Shown piece by piece: positions 10,696 through 20,400 of a DNA stretch of 64,000 bases. The position numbers and the translations under genes are program-made. The stretch lies in NCBI GenBank assembly GCA_963422375.2, contig OY729428.2, positions 2,688,001 to 2,752,000 of the forward strand, given 5' to 3'. Origin of the DNA: Bryobacterales bacterium (GTDB taxonomy: Bacteria > Acidobacteriota > Terriglobia > Bryobacterales > UBA6623). Each line of letters begins with the position of its first letter. Positions within the stretch are counted from its first letter, which is position 1. The notes under the pieces were generated by a model. It was given only the letters and a program-made list of their open reading frames with translations. It searched no databases and was not told where the DNA came from.

Positions 10696-11140
10696 TCGGA
10701 ACACGTACTTCAGGCCGCACTGGATCCTACGGGGCTCGTCCGCCCGGTTGTTTGTGCCCGTGGACGCCCGCAGCGTCATACCGGCAGGCTGGCCGAAGCG
10801 AGGCGAGTTCGTGAGGTTGAACGCCTCAAATCGAAACTGCGGCGTGTGCCTCTCGGACGGTATCCGGAATCGCTCGCCCAGCACGAAATCCACGCTTCGC
10901 ACGCCGGACCAGATCAAGACGTTCGGCCCGCTGTTGCCGAATGCGCCGGGCTCGCTGATCACGAACGCCGCCTGGTCGAACCAGTTGTCGATCCACGACT
11001 TGCTCGGCCCGCCAGCGCCGATTCGATTGCCCCGGTGGAGCGTGCCCGAATTCTGCAGGTCCCCGGGGAAGCTGACCTCGAACGGGAATTCGGCCCGCAG
11101 CGAGGCGATTCCACCCACCTGCCAGGCGCCGAGGTCGCGT
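10696..11140 (-). pseudogene. Orphan C-terminal fragment of a TonB-dependent receptor
   Basis: WQVGGI..FPF..WFDQAAF..GAFGNSGPNVL..QFRFEAFNLTNSPRFGQP..PRRIQCGLKYVF. The codon after the terminal Phe is CGA (10696-10698), plausibly a mutated TGA. No N-terminal part. Confidence 0.75.
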
Positions 11141-11392
11141 CGCGCCGGGCCCCACGAAGCCTTGCACCGGCTGGCGGCCACTCCACTCTCGCTGGGCGCA
11201 AGAGCGCGCACGCTGCGAGGCGAGTTACCGGGCCAACAGGCTTGCCGACGCGGCCATGACTGCCTCGGGCAGGGTGACTGCGCATGATCGCCTCGCCAGG
11301 GAGACCGACGGCGCCGTGCGCCGAGATTCAGCTTCCGCTCCGCGCGGATCCGCCGGTCAAAGCGCGACTTCGCCCCGACAGAGTGCCGCCGA

Positions 11393-14300
11393 CTAGAACT
11401 CGAAGCGCAGCGCCAGCTGCACCTGGCGCGAACTGGTGCTGGTCGAGGTCACGCGACCCGCGCTGCCGATCCTCCCGCCGCTCCGCGTGAAGAGGGCGCG
11501 GCCGGACGGCACTTGGAAGTTCGGGTGATTCGTGACATTGAACGCCTCGGCCCGAAGCTTCACGCTGCGACGCTCGTCGGCCAGGATCGTCTTGTGCAGC
11601 GCGAGATCCCACTCGAACACACCGGGGCCGCGCAGCGTGCCGCGGCCTAGGTTGCCGAGATAGCCGGCTTCCGGCAGGCTGAACGCGCCGGGGTCGAAGT
11701 ACCGGGCGGGGCCGCCTAGCACGATATCCGCGGCCGTCCGGCCTGCCCCCACGTCAGGGCGCTGGCCGACGTCCCCGAAGCCGGGGCGCAGCCGGGCCCG
11801 GTCAAAGCCTACGCGCGGGGCGAAGGGCGTCCCGGCGAAGGCTTGGGCCAGGGTATGCATCTCCCAGCCTCCCAGCACCTTGCCGAGAGCGGAGTCGCCC
11901 CCGGTCCAGAGCGACCACGACAGGCTGGCGGCGAACACGTGATCCTGGTCGAAATCGGAGAGGCCCCGGTTGGCCCGGTAATTCCACACGGTGGGCACCT
12001 GGTCGCTCGCCACGAAGTCATTGAACGTGTGGTTCGACGCCTCGTCGATCGAGCGGCTCCACGTGTACTTGCCCCGAGCGGAGAATCGCCCGCCGAAGCG
12101 CGTGTGGGCGCTCAGCGTCAGCCCGTGATAGAAGGAGTTGAACTGCGAGCGGCGCAGCCCGATCCGCGAGAACGCGGGGTTGACGTACGGGCTGCCCTGC
12201 GGGAAGTGCAGGCGGCCGTCACTCTGCACCTCCGGAATCGGCGAGTTGACGCTGATGAGCTGGCCCATCAGGTGGATGCCGCGGGCCCCGCTGTAACCCG
12301 CCCGGATCATCGTGCCCCGCGACAGCTGGCGCTCGAGATTGACCTGCCAGCGCGCCACGTAGGGCTGGTTGAGGTCGTAGTCCAGCCCGTCCATCGACTT
12401 GGAGGGGTTCCTGCCCGCCGCGGCTTGGAGGATGTCAGGGAAGCGCGGACGGCCGAACACCAGGATGCGGTTGAAGAGCGGCGGCGTCCGCACACCCGCG
12501 ATGGTGAGTTCGCGGCTCCCGAGCAGGTCGAAGAAGATACCGCCCCCGGCCCGGACCACCGTGCGGGAGTCGCCGACCGGATCCCAAGCCAGCGAGACGC
12601 GCGGCGCGAAGTTGTCGGCCGAGGGATTCTTCCACAGCGGCCCTCCCAAGGTGGTCTGGGCGTCGTTCACGAAGTCCCTGAGCACCGCGATCTTGCCGTT
12701 GACCTCGGTCGGCGTCGAATTCGCCTCGTATCGCGCTCCGAGGCTCAGCGCGAGCCGCTCGCCGGCCCGGAACTCGTGCTGGACGTAGGCCGCGTACTGG
12801 TTGTAGCGCCAGCCGCGCACGGTGTCGGAGCCCGGCTGCATGACCTCGGCGATGCGCGGCCGGGCCCGCAGCAGCAGGGCGAGCGAGTCGAACGTGTAGG
12901 AGCCGACCGCGCTCAGGTCCGAGCGTTGGTTGAACCGGATCCGGTCGTAGCCGCCGCCCAGGCGCAGGGTCGAGCGGCCCGACGCGCGCACGAGCGACGC
13001 CCCCAGCTGGTAGCTCTCCAAGATGAACCGGCGCGGTCGCGCCCGCGCCTGGAAGCCGCCCATGTTCCCAAGGCCGTTGACCGTGATCGAGCCCATCGGC
13101 ATGCCGTCGACGAAGGAAAGGCCGGGCGGCACCGAAGTGGTGCTGTTCTCGAAGTTGTCAACGCGGCTGAAAGCCGCCCGCCAGGTCGATAGCGTGTTCG
13201 CCGAATGCACGCGCCGCAGCTGCGTGTGGGCGAAGTGGTCGCTCGAATCGAGGCCGAACACCCAGAGATCCATCGGGTCCGGCGCGCGGCTGGCCGCGTC
13301 GTCGAACGTGTAGCGGGCCGCCCATTGGGTCTTCGGGCCGAGGATCAGATCGATCTTGCCCGACACGTAGGTCTCGTCCGTCCGGTCGGCGAGCTGCCGG
13401 ATGGACGCGGCCGTCCCGTCGCCGAAGTCGCGGCCGTTCGGCAGTGGATACAGTTCCAGATAGGGTCGGACCTCCGTCGCGACGGCGATCTCGGCGTCCG
13501 GCAGGCGGCCGAGCCTCGCTTCCGGGGTGGGCACGGCGGGCCGGGCGGTCCGCGCTCGCCTCTCGCGCAGGGCCTCGTAGTTGGCGAGGAAGAACGCCTT
13601 GCCGCTGGCGGCCGGCCCGCCGACCAGCGCGCCGAAATGGTTGCGCCGCAGGGGCGGGGCCCCGGCGGCGGGCGAGTCGAAATAGTTGCGGGCGTCCAGC
13701 GCGCTGTTGCGCAGATACTCGTAGAGGCTGCCGTGCAGCCGCGACCCGCCGGAGCGGGACACGGCGGTGAACACGCCCCCTGCCGTGCGCCCGTACTCTG
13801 CGCTGTAGGGGTTCGTCACCAGATGGACCTCGCGCACCATCTCGAGTCCCAGGACGTTGCCGGCCGCGCTGGCGGGGGACGCGGAGGCTGCGTCGTTCAC
13901 GTAGACGCCGTCCAGCTGGAAGCTGTTCTGGTTGGGTCGGGCGCCGAGCACGGAAATCTGCCTCCCGATGCCCTGCGCCAGGCCCGTGCGGGCGGACGCC
14001 GGCAGCGTCGCGCCGGGCTCGAGCGCGGACAGCTCGTAGAGGTCGCGGCCGTTCAGGGGAAGGTCGCGCAGGCTGCTTTCGGGCACCAGCCCGCCCCAGT
14101 CGGAGGCGCTTGTCGACACCAGCGGCAGCTCCGCCACGATCTCGATCGCCTCGCTGCCCTCGCCGATCCGGAGCTGCACGTCGAAGGAGGCGACGCGCCC
14201 GCTGTGCAGCTCGATGCCGCTGGCCGAGACGGGACGGAAACCCGGGTGCGCGATGTCCACGGAGTACGCGCCGGGCCGGAGATCCGCGACGACAAAGCGC

Positions 14301-14506
14301 CCCTCGCCGTTCGTGACGGAGCTGCGAGCCGCTCCCGTACCCACATGGGCCAACCGGACCTCGACTCCCGCGACCACCCGCCCCTGCGGGTCCGTCACGG
14401 TCCCCCCGAGCGTCGCGTCGCTCTGCGCCGGGAGGGGAGCCGCCAGAGCCAAGGCCGCGAATACCGCGGCCCGGGCGGCCCCGGACATGGCGGGTCGATT
14501 GCGCAT
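11393..14506 (-). CDS. TonB-dependent receptor (Acidobacteria type, carboxypeptidase-regulatory-like N-domain)
   Basis: LGGTVTDPQG, LPLNGRD, YSAEYGR..GG, YEYLRNSALDARNYF, NFAPRVSLAWD, RAEAFNVTNHPNF, terminal LALRFEF. GAGAGG directly upstream of ATG 14506. Confidence 0.9.
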   Translation of the reverse strand: MRNRPAMSGAARAAVFAALALAAPLPAQSDATLGGTVTDPQGRVVAGVEVRLAHVGTGAARSSVTNGEGRFVVADLRPGAYSVDIAHPGFRPVSASGIELHSGRVASFDVQLRIGEGSEAIEIVAELPLVSTSASDWGGLVPESSLRDLPLNGRDLYELSALEPGATLPASARTGLAQGIGRQISVLGARPNQNSFQLDGVYVNDAASASPASAAGNVLGLEMVREVHLVTNPYSAEYGRTAGGVFTAVSRSGGSRLHGSLYEYLRNSALDARNYFDSPAAGAPPLRRNHFGALVGGPAASGKAFFLANYEALRERRARTARPAVPTPEARLGRLPDAEIAVATEVRPYLELYPLPNGRDFGDGTAASIRQLADRTDETYVSGKIDLILGPKTQWAARYTFDDAASRAPDPMDLWVFGLDSSDHFAHTQLRRVHSANTLSTWRAAFSRVDNFENSTTSVPPGLSFVDGMPMGSITVNGLGNMGGFQARARPRRFILESYQLGASLVRASGRSTLRLGGGYDRIRFNQRSDLSAVGSYTFDSLALLLRARPRIAEVMQPGSDTVRGWRYNQYAAYVQHEFRAGERLALSLGARYEANSTPTEVNGKIAVLRDFVNDAQTTLGGPLWKNPSADNFAPRVSLAWDPVGDSRTVVRAGGGIFFDLLGSRELTIAGVRTPPLFNRILVFGRPRFPDILQAAAGRNPSKSMDGLDYDLNQPYVARWQVNLERQLSRGTMIRAGYSGARGIHLMGQLISVNSPIPEVQSDGRLHFPQGSPYVNPAFSRIGLRRSQFNSFYHGLTLSAHTRFGGRFSARGKYTWSRSIDEASNHTFNDFVASDQVPTVWNYRANRGLSDFDQDHVFAASLSWSLWTGGDSALGKVLGGWEMHTLAQAFAGTPFAPRVGFDRARLRPGFGDVGQRPDVGAGRTAADIVLGGPARYFDPGAFSLPEAGYLGNLGRGTLRGPGVFEWDLALHKTILADERRSVKLRAEAFNVTNHPNFQVPSGRALFTRSGGRIGSAGRVTSTSTSSRQVQLALRFEF

Positions 14507-14514
14507 CCTCTCGC

Positions 14515-15024
14515 CTACTCGACTCGCCGCATGATCCACTCGCGTTCGTCACCGTCCGCGGAGTGGCGGTCGCGGAAGACCAGCGTGTCGCCGACCACCT
14601 CGTACTCGCCGACGAACGTACGCCCCTCGTAGTACGCGGACAGGGCGGCGATGTTGGTCCGCACGATCCTGCCGCCCGCGGCCTCGTATTGATAGAAGCC
14701 GGCCCCGACGGGTTGCTGGCTGCGGACCTGCTCGGGGGTCATGTCGCTGAATGACATGTCCAGCCGCGGACGGCCCTCGCCGGCCAGGATGACCATCTGG
14801 TAGGACGGTCCGAACATGTGGTACTCCCTCCGGTTCGGCTGGTCCACCCCTTCGGTCAGGTTGCGCACCGACGTGACCTCCCAGAGCCCTTCCAACTCAT
14901 GGCGCTTGGGCGCATCGGACGGCCAGATCAGCCACACGCAGGCCGAGACCAGCACTAGGCACACGCCGCACAAGGTGCCGGACGCGAACCCGGAGCCAAG
15001 CAATCGATTGAGAATTCGCCGCAC
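14515..15024 (-). CDS. Membrane-anchored lipocalin-like beta-barrel hypothetical protein
   Basis: N-terminal TM, LEGLWEV motif, EYEVVGDTLVF; 8 nt upstream of the TonB receptor start. Confidence 0.55.
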   Translation of the reverse strand: MRRILNRLLGSGFASGTLCGVCLVLVSACVWLIWPSDAPKRHELEGLWEVTSVRNLTEGVDQPNRREYHMFGPSYQMVILAGEGRPRLDMSFSDMTPEQVRSQQPVGAGFYQYEAAGGRIVRTNIAALSAYYEGRTFVGEYEVVGDTLVFRDRHSADGDEREWIMRRVE

Positions 15025-15085
15025 CTAGACAGCCCCTCATCTACTATCGCACCCGCGCGGCGGGCCTTCGAGCCTGCCCGCGCAC

Positions 15086-15091
15086 TATAAT
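15086..15091 (+). promoter_or_regulatory. Consensus -10 box (TATAAT) upstream of mutS
   Basis: TATAAT in GC-rich context, 23 nt before GTG 15115. Confidence 0.45.
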
Positions 15092-15114
15092 CGGATGGAT
15101 TCGATACGCCGCCG

Positions 15115-17727
15115 GTGGCCGCCCGCTCGCCCAAGACCCCCGTCATGCAGCAGTATCACGCTGCGAAGGACGAGCATCCAGACTGCCTGCTGTTCTTCCG
15201 CCTCGGCGATTTTTTCGAGCTGTTCTACGACGACGCCGTCACGGCCGCCCGCGACCTGGACATCACCCTGACCAAGCGCGGGGGCGGCAGGTCCGAGCCA
15301 ATTCCCATGTGCGGCGTGCCGGCGCATGCCGCCGAGGGCTACTTGGCGAAGCTGCTGGAGAAGGGCCATCGCGTGGCCATCTGCGACCAAGTCGAGGACG
15401 CCAAGTCCGCTCGCAGCCTGGTCAAGCGCGAGATCGTGCGGGTCCTCTCACCGGGGACCACCAGCCACCTGCAGCACCTCGAGGCCGGCCAGAACAACTA
15501 CCTAGCCGCCGTCCACGCGAAGGGCGCCTCGGCAGGCCTGGCGTACGTGGACGTGTCGACCGGGGAGTTTCGCGCGACCGAGGTCGCGATGGCCGAGGTC
15601 ACCGACATGCTGCAGGCGCTGAGAGTGTCCGAAGTCCTGCGGTCCGCCTCGACGGCGCGGCTGGACTTCGCGGATCCCGACGAGTCGGGCCAGGCGCAGC
15701 CGGACTACACCGTCACGGCCGTCGAAGGTTGGGTCTTCGATCCCGAGTACGCCGAGCAGCTGCTTCTGTCCGCGTTCGGCCTGCACCACCTCGATGGGCT
15801 GGGCTTCCCCCCCGGGGGGCCCTGCATCCCGGCGGCGGGCGCGATCGTCCACTACCTCAAGGAGACGCAGCGCAGGGCGCTGCCCCATCTGGACCGGCCG
15901 GCGTTCTTCCAGCAGAAGGACTGGATGGTGCTGGATCCGGTGACGATCCGCCATCTCGAGTTATTCGACCCCATGTACCAAGAGACGCGCAACACGCTGC
16001 TGTTCGCGCTCGACAGGACGGCGACGCCGATGGGCGCGCGGCTCCAGAGGAACTGGCTGCTGCGCCCCAGCCTCGACCTGTCCGAGATCGAGCAGCGCCT
16101 CGAGGCCGTGGCCAGCCTGTGCGCCGACACCATCGCCCGCAGCGAGCTGCAGCGCGAGCTCGAGCAGCTGTTCGACATCGAGCGGCTCCTAGCGCGGATC
16201 ACGCTCGGCTCGGCCGGTCCGCGGGAAGTGGGGAATCTCGGCGTCTCCCTCGCTAGGGTGCCGACTCTCAAGGAGCTCGCCGGCAGGCTGCGGTCCCGGC
16301 GCATACAAGCCGTGCTGGCGCAGATGGACGGCCTCGAGGACGTCCGCGACCGCATCGAGGCGACCGTCGCGGACGAGCCGCCGGCGACGGTCGGCGACGG
16401 CGGCGCCATCGCCGAGGGCTTCAGCCACGACCTAGACGAACTGCGGGAAGTGCAGCGCGACAGCCGCACCGTCATCGCCCGGCTCGAGCGCCGCGAGCGG
16501 CAGACAACCGGCATCGACTCGTTGAAGGTGCGGTTCAACAATGTCTTCGGCTTTTTCATCGAGGTTTCCAAGTCCAACCTGTCGAAGGTGCCCGAGCGCT
16601 ACGACCGCAGGCAGACGCTGGTGAACGCCGAGCGCTTCTCTACCCCCGAGCTCAAGGAGCTCGAGGCGAAGGTGCTGGACGCAGAGGAGCGGATCGCGAA
16701 GCTGGAGGCCGCGATATTCGAGCAGCTGCGGCTGGAGATCGCCGGCCAGGCCCGTCGGATCCGCGGAACCGCGAAGGCCGTAGCCGAGATCGACGTGCTG
16801 CGCGGGCTGGCCCTGGTCGCCGTGGAGCACGACTACGCCCGGCCGGGATTCTCCGACGACGGCTCGCTCCTGATCGAGGGCGGGCGGCACGCCGTGGTCG
16901 AGCGCATGCTCGAGCGGGACCAAGGCGAGCGCTTCATCGAGAACGACGTCTACCTCGACAGCCGCGACCACCTGCTGGCCGTCATCACAGGGCCCAACAT
17001 GGGCGGCAAGTCGACCTACCTGCGCCAGACCGCCCTGATCTCCGTCATGGCCCAGAGCGGCTCCTTCGTCCCCGCAAGGAAGGCCGTCCTGCCGCTGGTC
17101 GACCGCATCTTCACGCGGATCGGAGCCAGCGACAACCTGGCGATGGGGCGCTCGACGTTCATGGTCGAGATGACGGAGACCGCCCAGATCCTCAACACGG
17201 CGACCGACCGCAGCCTGATCCTGCTTGACGAGATCGGGCGGGGCACGTCGACCTACGACGGCTTGGCGATCGCCTGGGCCGTGGCCGAGCACATCATCGC
17301 GAAGGTCCGCGCCAAGACCCTCTTCGCGACCCACTACCACGAGCTGACCGCCCTTCCGACCGCGCACGCGGGCATCGTCAACCTGCACGTCTCCGCCAAG
17401 CAGTCGGGCGACAAGCTGGTCTTCCTGCGACGCGTCAAGGCCGGCAACGCCGACCGCAGCTACGGCATCGAGGTGGCCCGCATCGCGGGCCTGCCGCAGT
17501 CCGTCCTGGAGCGCGCCAGGGAAGTTCTCGAGCAGCACGAGAGGGGGGCGCCGGTCGCGCTGGCGGCCGCCCAGCCGGCGGCGACGGACAGGCAGCCGTC
17601 CATCTTCCGGGAGGTCCCGGAAGGCATCACGGCCGAACTGCTCAGCCTCGATCTCAACAGGCTGAGCCCGCTGGAAGCGCTCTCCCTTCTGCATGAATGG
17701 AAGGAGGCCCTCGACGGCGAACCCTGA
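15115..17727 (+). CDS. mutS: DNA mismatch repair protein MutS
   Basis: TPVMQQY, FRLGDFFELF, GPNMGGKSTYLRQ, STFMVEM, DEIGRGTST, ATHYHEL, SYGIEVA. Confidence 0.97.
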   Translation: MAARSPKTPVMQQYHAAKDEHPDCLLFFRLGDFFELFYDDAVTAARDLDITLTKRGGGRSEPIPMCGVPAHAAEGYLAKLLEKGHRVAICDQVEDAKSARSLVKREIVRVLSPGTTSHLQHLEAGQNNYLAAVHAKGASAGLAYVDVSTGEFRATEVAMAEVTDMLQALRVSEVLRSASTARLDFADPDESGQAQPDYTVTAVEGWVFDPEYAEQLLLSAFGLHHLDGLGFPPGGPCIPAAGAIVHYLKETQRRALPHLDRPAFFQQKDWMVLDPVTIRHLELFDPMYQETRNTLLFALDRTATPMGARLQRNWLLRPSLDLSEIEQRLEAVASLCADTIARSELQRELEQLFDIERLLARITLGSAGPREVGNLGVSLARVPTLKELAGRLRSRRIQAVLAQMDGLEDVRDRIEATVADEPPATVGDGGAIAEGFSHDLDELREVQRDSRTVIARLERRERQTTGIDSLKVRFNNVFGFFIEVSKSNLSKVPERYDRRQTLVNAERFSTPELKELEAKVLDAEERIAKLEAAIFEQLRLEIAGQARRIRGTAKAVAEIDVLRGLALVAVEHDYARPGFSDDGSLLIEGGRHAVVERMLERDQGERFIENDVYLDSRDHLLAVITGPNMGGKSTYLRQTALISVMAQSGSFVPARKAVLPLVDRIFTRIGASDNLAMGRSTFMVEMTETAQILNTATDRSLILLDEIGRGTSTYDGLAIAWAVAEHIIAKVRAKTLFATHYHELTALPTAHAGIVNLHVSAKQSGDKLVFLRRVKAGNADRSYGIEVARIAGLPQSVLERAREVLEQHERGAPVALAAAQPAATDRQPSIFREVPEGITAELLSLDLNRLSPLEALSLLHEWKEALDGEP

Positions 17728-17789
17728 CCCGAGCGGAGCGGCGGGCGCGGTTTGCTACGCTGAAATCTCCCCTTGATCGGAGGCCAGCG

Positions 17790-18122
17790 ATGGCAGGAAC
17801 GAACACCCTCACCTTCACCGACTCCGACTTCGACGCCGAAGTCCTGCAGTCCGACCAGCCCGTGCTGGTGGACTTCTGGGCCATCTGGTGCGGCCCTTGC
17901 CGTCAGATGGCGCCGGTCATCGACTCGCTCGCCACGAAATACGCGGGAAAGGTCAAGATCGGCAAGCTCGACGTAGACCACAACCCGGCCTCCGCGCAGC
18001 GATTCAACGTGCGGGGAATCCCGACCATGCTGCTGTTCAAGGGCGGCCGCCCCGTCGAGCAGATCGTCGGCTCGGTGCCCGAGTCGCGCGTCTCAGACAC
18101 CCTCGACCTTCACGTCGCCTGA
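17790..18122 (+). CDS. trxA: Thioredoxin
   Basis: VDFWAIWCGPCR; SD GGAGG upstream of ATG 17790. Confidence 0.95.
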   Translation: MAGTNTLTFTDSDFDAEVLQSDQPVLVDFWAIWCGPCRQMAPVIDSLATKYAGKVKIGKLDVDHNPASAQRFNVRGIPTMLLFKGGRPVEQIVGSVPESRVSDTLDLHVA

Positions 18123-18205
18123 CCGTCGCCCGCCTTGCCGGCCGGGCCGGACGGACACGGCGGGGCGTGCCGCGAGGCACTCGACCGCCAAGACCCGTGC
18201 TTGCC

Positions 18206-19783
18206 GTGACCGAACGCCTGCGAACGTCCCGTCGAGATTTCCTCCGAAGGGCGTGGCTTCCGGCGCCCGCGCTGGTCGGGGCGGCGCGAACACTAGGACA
18301 GAGCGGCGGCAATGACTCCCCGCCGCTGAACGTGCTGCTGGTGCTGGTCGACGACCTGCGCCCCGAGCTCGGGTGCTACGGCAGCGCCCGGGTGAAGACG
18401 CCCGCCATTGACGGGGTCGCGGCCTCTGGCCTGACTTTCCTGCGCTGCTACTGCCAGCAGGCGTCGAGCAACCCCTCGCGGACCTCGCTGCTGACGGGCC
18501 TGCGCCCCGACACGACGCGGGTATACGAGCAGCGGACCCATTTCCGCCAGGCTCTGCCGCAAGTAGTCACCCTGCCGGGGCACTTCAGGAAACACGGGTA
18601 CGAGACCACGGCGTTCGGCCGGGTGTTCGACTCGCCGGATACGCAAGACCCGGGCTCCTGGAGCATCGCTCCGTGGGCGCCGGGAGGCCCGGAGTGGCGC
18701 AGCGACGAGAACGAGGCGCTGGCCGCGGAGCGGCGCAACGAGCTCGCCGCAAGGGGGTGGCGGGCCGGCGGGTCCTCCGGCAGGTCCCCCGCTGCGGACA
18801 CTCGCGCGACCCCGCGAGCGAATCCGCCGCCGAGCTGGAGCATGTGGAGCGCAGGCGAAGGTGAACTGCACGACGGGCAGGTGTGCAGGCGCGCGGCAGC
18901 GGCCATCGGCTCCCTGCGGGACAGACGGTTCCTGGTCGCTGTCGGCTTTCGCGGGCCCCAGTTCCCGCTGGTAGCCCCCGAGCGGTATTTCGATCTTTAT
19001 CCCAAGGGCACCTGGGCCGCACCGGAATCCCCGGAACCGCCTCGGGACGCCCCGCCGTTCGCCCTGCACGGGTCGGAAGAGATCCGGGCCTACTCAGACA
19101 TCCCCTCCCAAGGCCCGATCCCCGAGCCGAAGGCCCGCGAGCTGATCCGGGCTTACCGCGCCTGCGTCAGCTTCGCCGACGCGCAAGTAGGACTGCTGCT
19201 GGACTCCTTGGACGAGCACGGACTCGCCGACAGGACGGTCGTCGCGGTCGCAGGGGTGAGCGGATCCCACCTCGGCGAGCTGGGGCTCTGGAATAAGAAT
19301 TCGAACTACGAAGCGGCCACGCATGCCCCGCTGGTTGTGCGCGCGCCCGGACAGCGCAATGCCGGGCGCAAGACCCGAGCGCTCGTGGAGTCGGTGGACC
19401 TGTTCCCGTCCCTGTGCTCGGTGAGCGGCATCCCGTTCCCCTCGCGCCGGGAGGGGTCGAGCTGGCGGGGCCTGTTCGACGATCCGAAGCGGCTGTGGAA
19501 GAGGGCCGTCTTCAGCCAGCATCCGCGGACGATCCCCGGAGTGGGGCCGGGAATGGGCTACTCGATGCGCACCGCCCGTCACCGCTACACCGAGTGGTCG
19601 GGAATCGACAGTCCCTACAGCACGGCCGAACTGTACGACTACAAGGAATCCCAGAACGAGCTGCGCAACATCGCGAACCGGCCGGAGCACGGCTCCCTCG
19701 TCAACGGCTTGGCCCACATGCTGAGGGAGGGCTGGCGCGGCTCTCTGCCCCCGCCGGAGCTGCCCAAGGCGTCCAGGTCGTAG
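18206..19783 (+). CDS. Iduronate-2-sulfatase-like S1 sulfatase-fold protein with Tat-like signal; catalytic residues substituted
   Basis: SRRDFLR; NVLLVLVDDLRPELGCYG; QQASSNPSRTSLLTG (Ser for Cys); GVSG in place of xDHG. Start codon uncertain (GTG 18197 or 18206). Confidence 0.85.
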   Translation: MTERLRTSRRDFLRRAWLPAPALVGAARTLGQSGGNDSPPLNVLLVLVDDLRPELGCYGSARVKTPAIDGVAASGLTFLRCYCQQASSNPSRTSLLTGLRPDTTRVYEQRTHFRQALPQVVTLPGHFRKHGYETTAFGRVFDSPDTQDPGSWSIAPWAPGGPEWRSDENEALAAERRNELAARGWRAGGSSGRSPAADTRATPRANPPPSWSMWSAGEGELHDGQVCRRAAAAIGSLRDRRFLVAVGFRGPQFPLVAPERYFDLYPKGTWAAPESPEPPRDAPPFALHGSEEIRAYSDIPSQGPIPEPKARELIRAYRACVSFADAQVGLLLDSLDEHGLADRTVVAVAGVSGSHLGELGLWNKNSNYEAATHAPLVVRAPGQRNAGRKTRALVESVDLFPSLCSVSGIPFPSRREGSSWRGLFDDPKRLWKRAVFSQHPRTIPGVGPGMGYSMRTARHRYTEWSGIDSPYSTAELYDYKESQNELRNIANRPEHGSLVNGLAHMLREGWRGSLPPPELPKASRS

Positions 19784-19809
19784 CGCCGGGCCCGGCGCGA
19801 CCGCCGGAC

Positions 19810-20400
19810 CTATGCGCGCTGCCCGGCGACCAGCCTTTCGTAATCCTCCGGGCGGTCCACGTCGATCAGGACTCCCGAGTCGTCCGAGTCGACGAATCGC
19901 GCTTCCGGGTAGTGCCTGCGCACGACGTCCTGCGGACTCCGGTCCGGCGGCAGGCGCAGGATCTCATCGGCGACCGCCCTCGAGAGGATGATCGGATGCC
20001 CTCTCTCGCCCCGGTGGCGGGGGATCACGACCGGAGCGTCGGAGTCTGCGGCGACGGCGAGCAGCTCGTCCAGCAGCCGTCCGCGCACTGCGGGATGATC
20101 GACCAGCATCCACAGGATCCAGTCGGCACGGGACGTCTCGGACAGCCCGCGCTGCAGCGACGACAGCATTCCGCGGTCGTAATCCGCGTTGACCGCGGCG
20201 CGGACTCGAGGCGATTCCGGCAGCGCCGCGGCAACGCGGTCGGCATGGTGCCCGAGCACCACGGTCACCGAACCGACCCGCGGCAGAAGAAGATAGACCA
20301 AGTGGGTGAGAAACGCACGACCGCGGAACTTCAGCAGGGCCTTGTCGCGGCCCATGCGCGACGAGCGCCCGGCCGCGAGGATCAGTCCGGCAGCGTTCAC
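19810..20400 (-). CDS. Nucleotidyltransferase, MocA/MobA-like (molybdenum cofactor cytidylyltransferase-like)
   Basis: ILAAGRSSRMGRDKALL, GMLSSL, LVDHP, RGHP, DVDRPEDY; overlaps the xdhC stop. Confidence 0.85.
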   Translation of the reverse strand: MNAAGLILAAGRSSRMGRDKALLKFRGRAFLTHLVYLLLPRVGSVTVVLGHHADRVAAALPESPRVRAAVNADYDRGMLSSLQRGLSETSRADWILWMLVDHPAVRGRLLDELLAVAADSDAPVVIPRHRGERGHPIILSRAVADEILRLPPDRSPQDVVRRHYPEARFVDSDDSGVLIDVDRPEDYERLVAGQRA

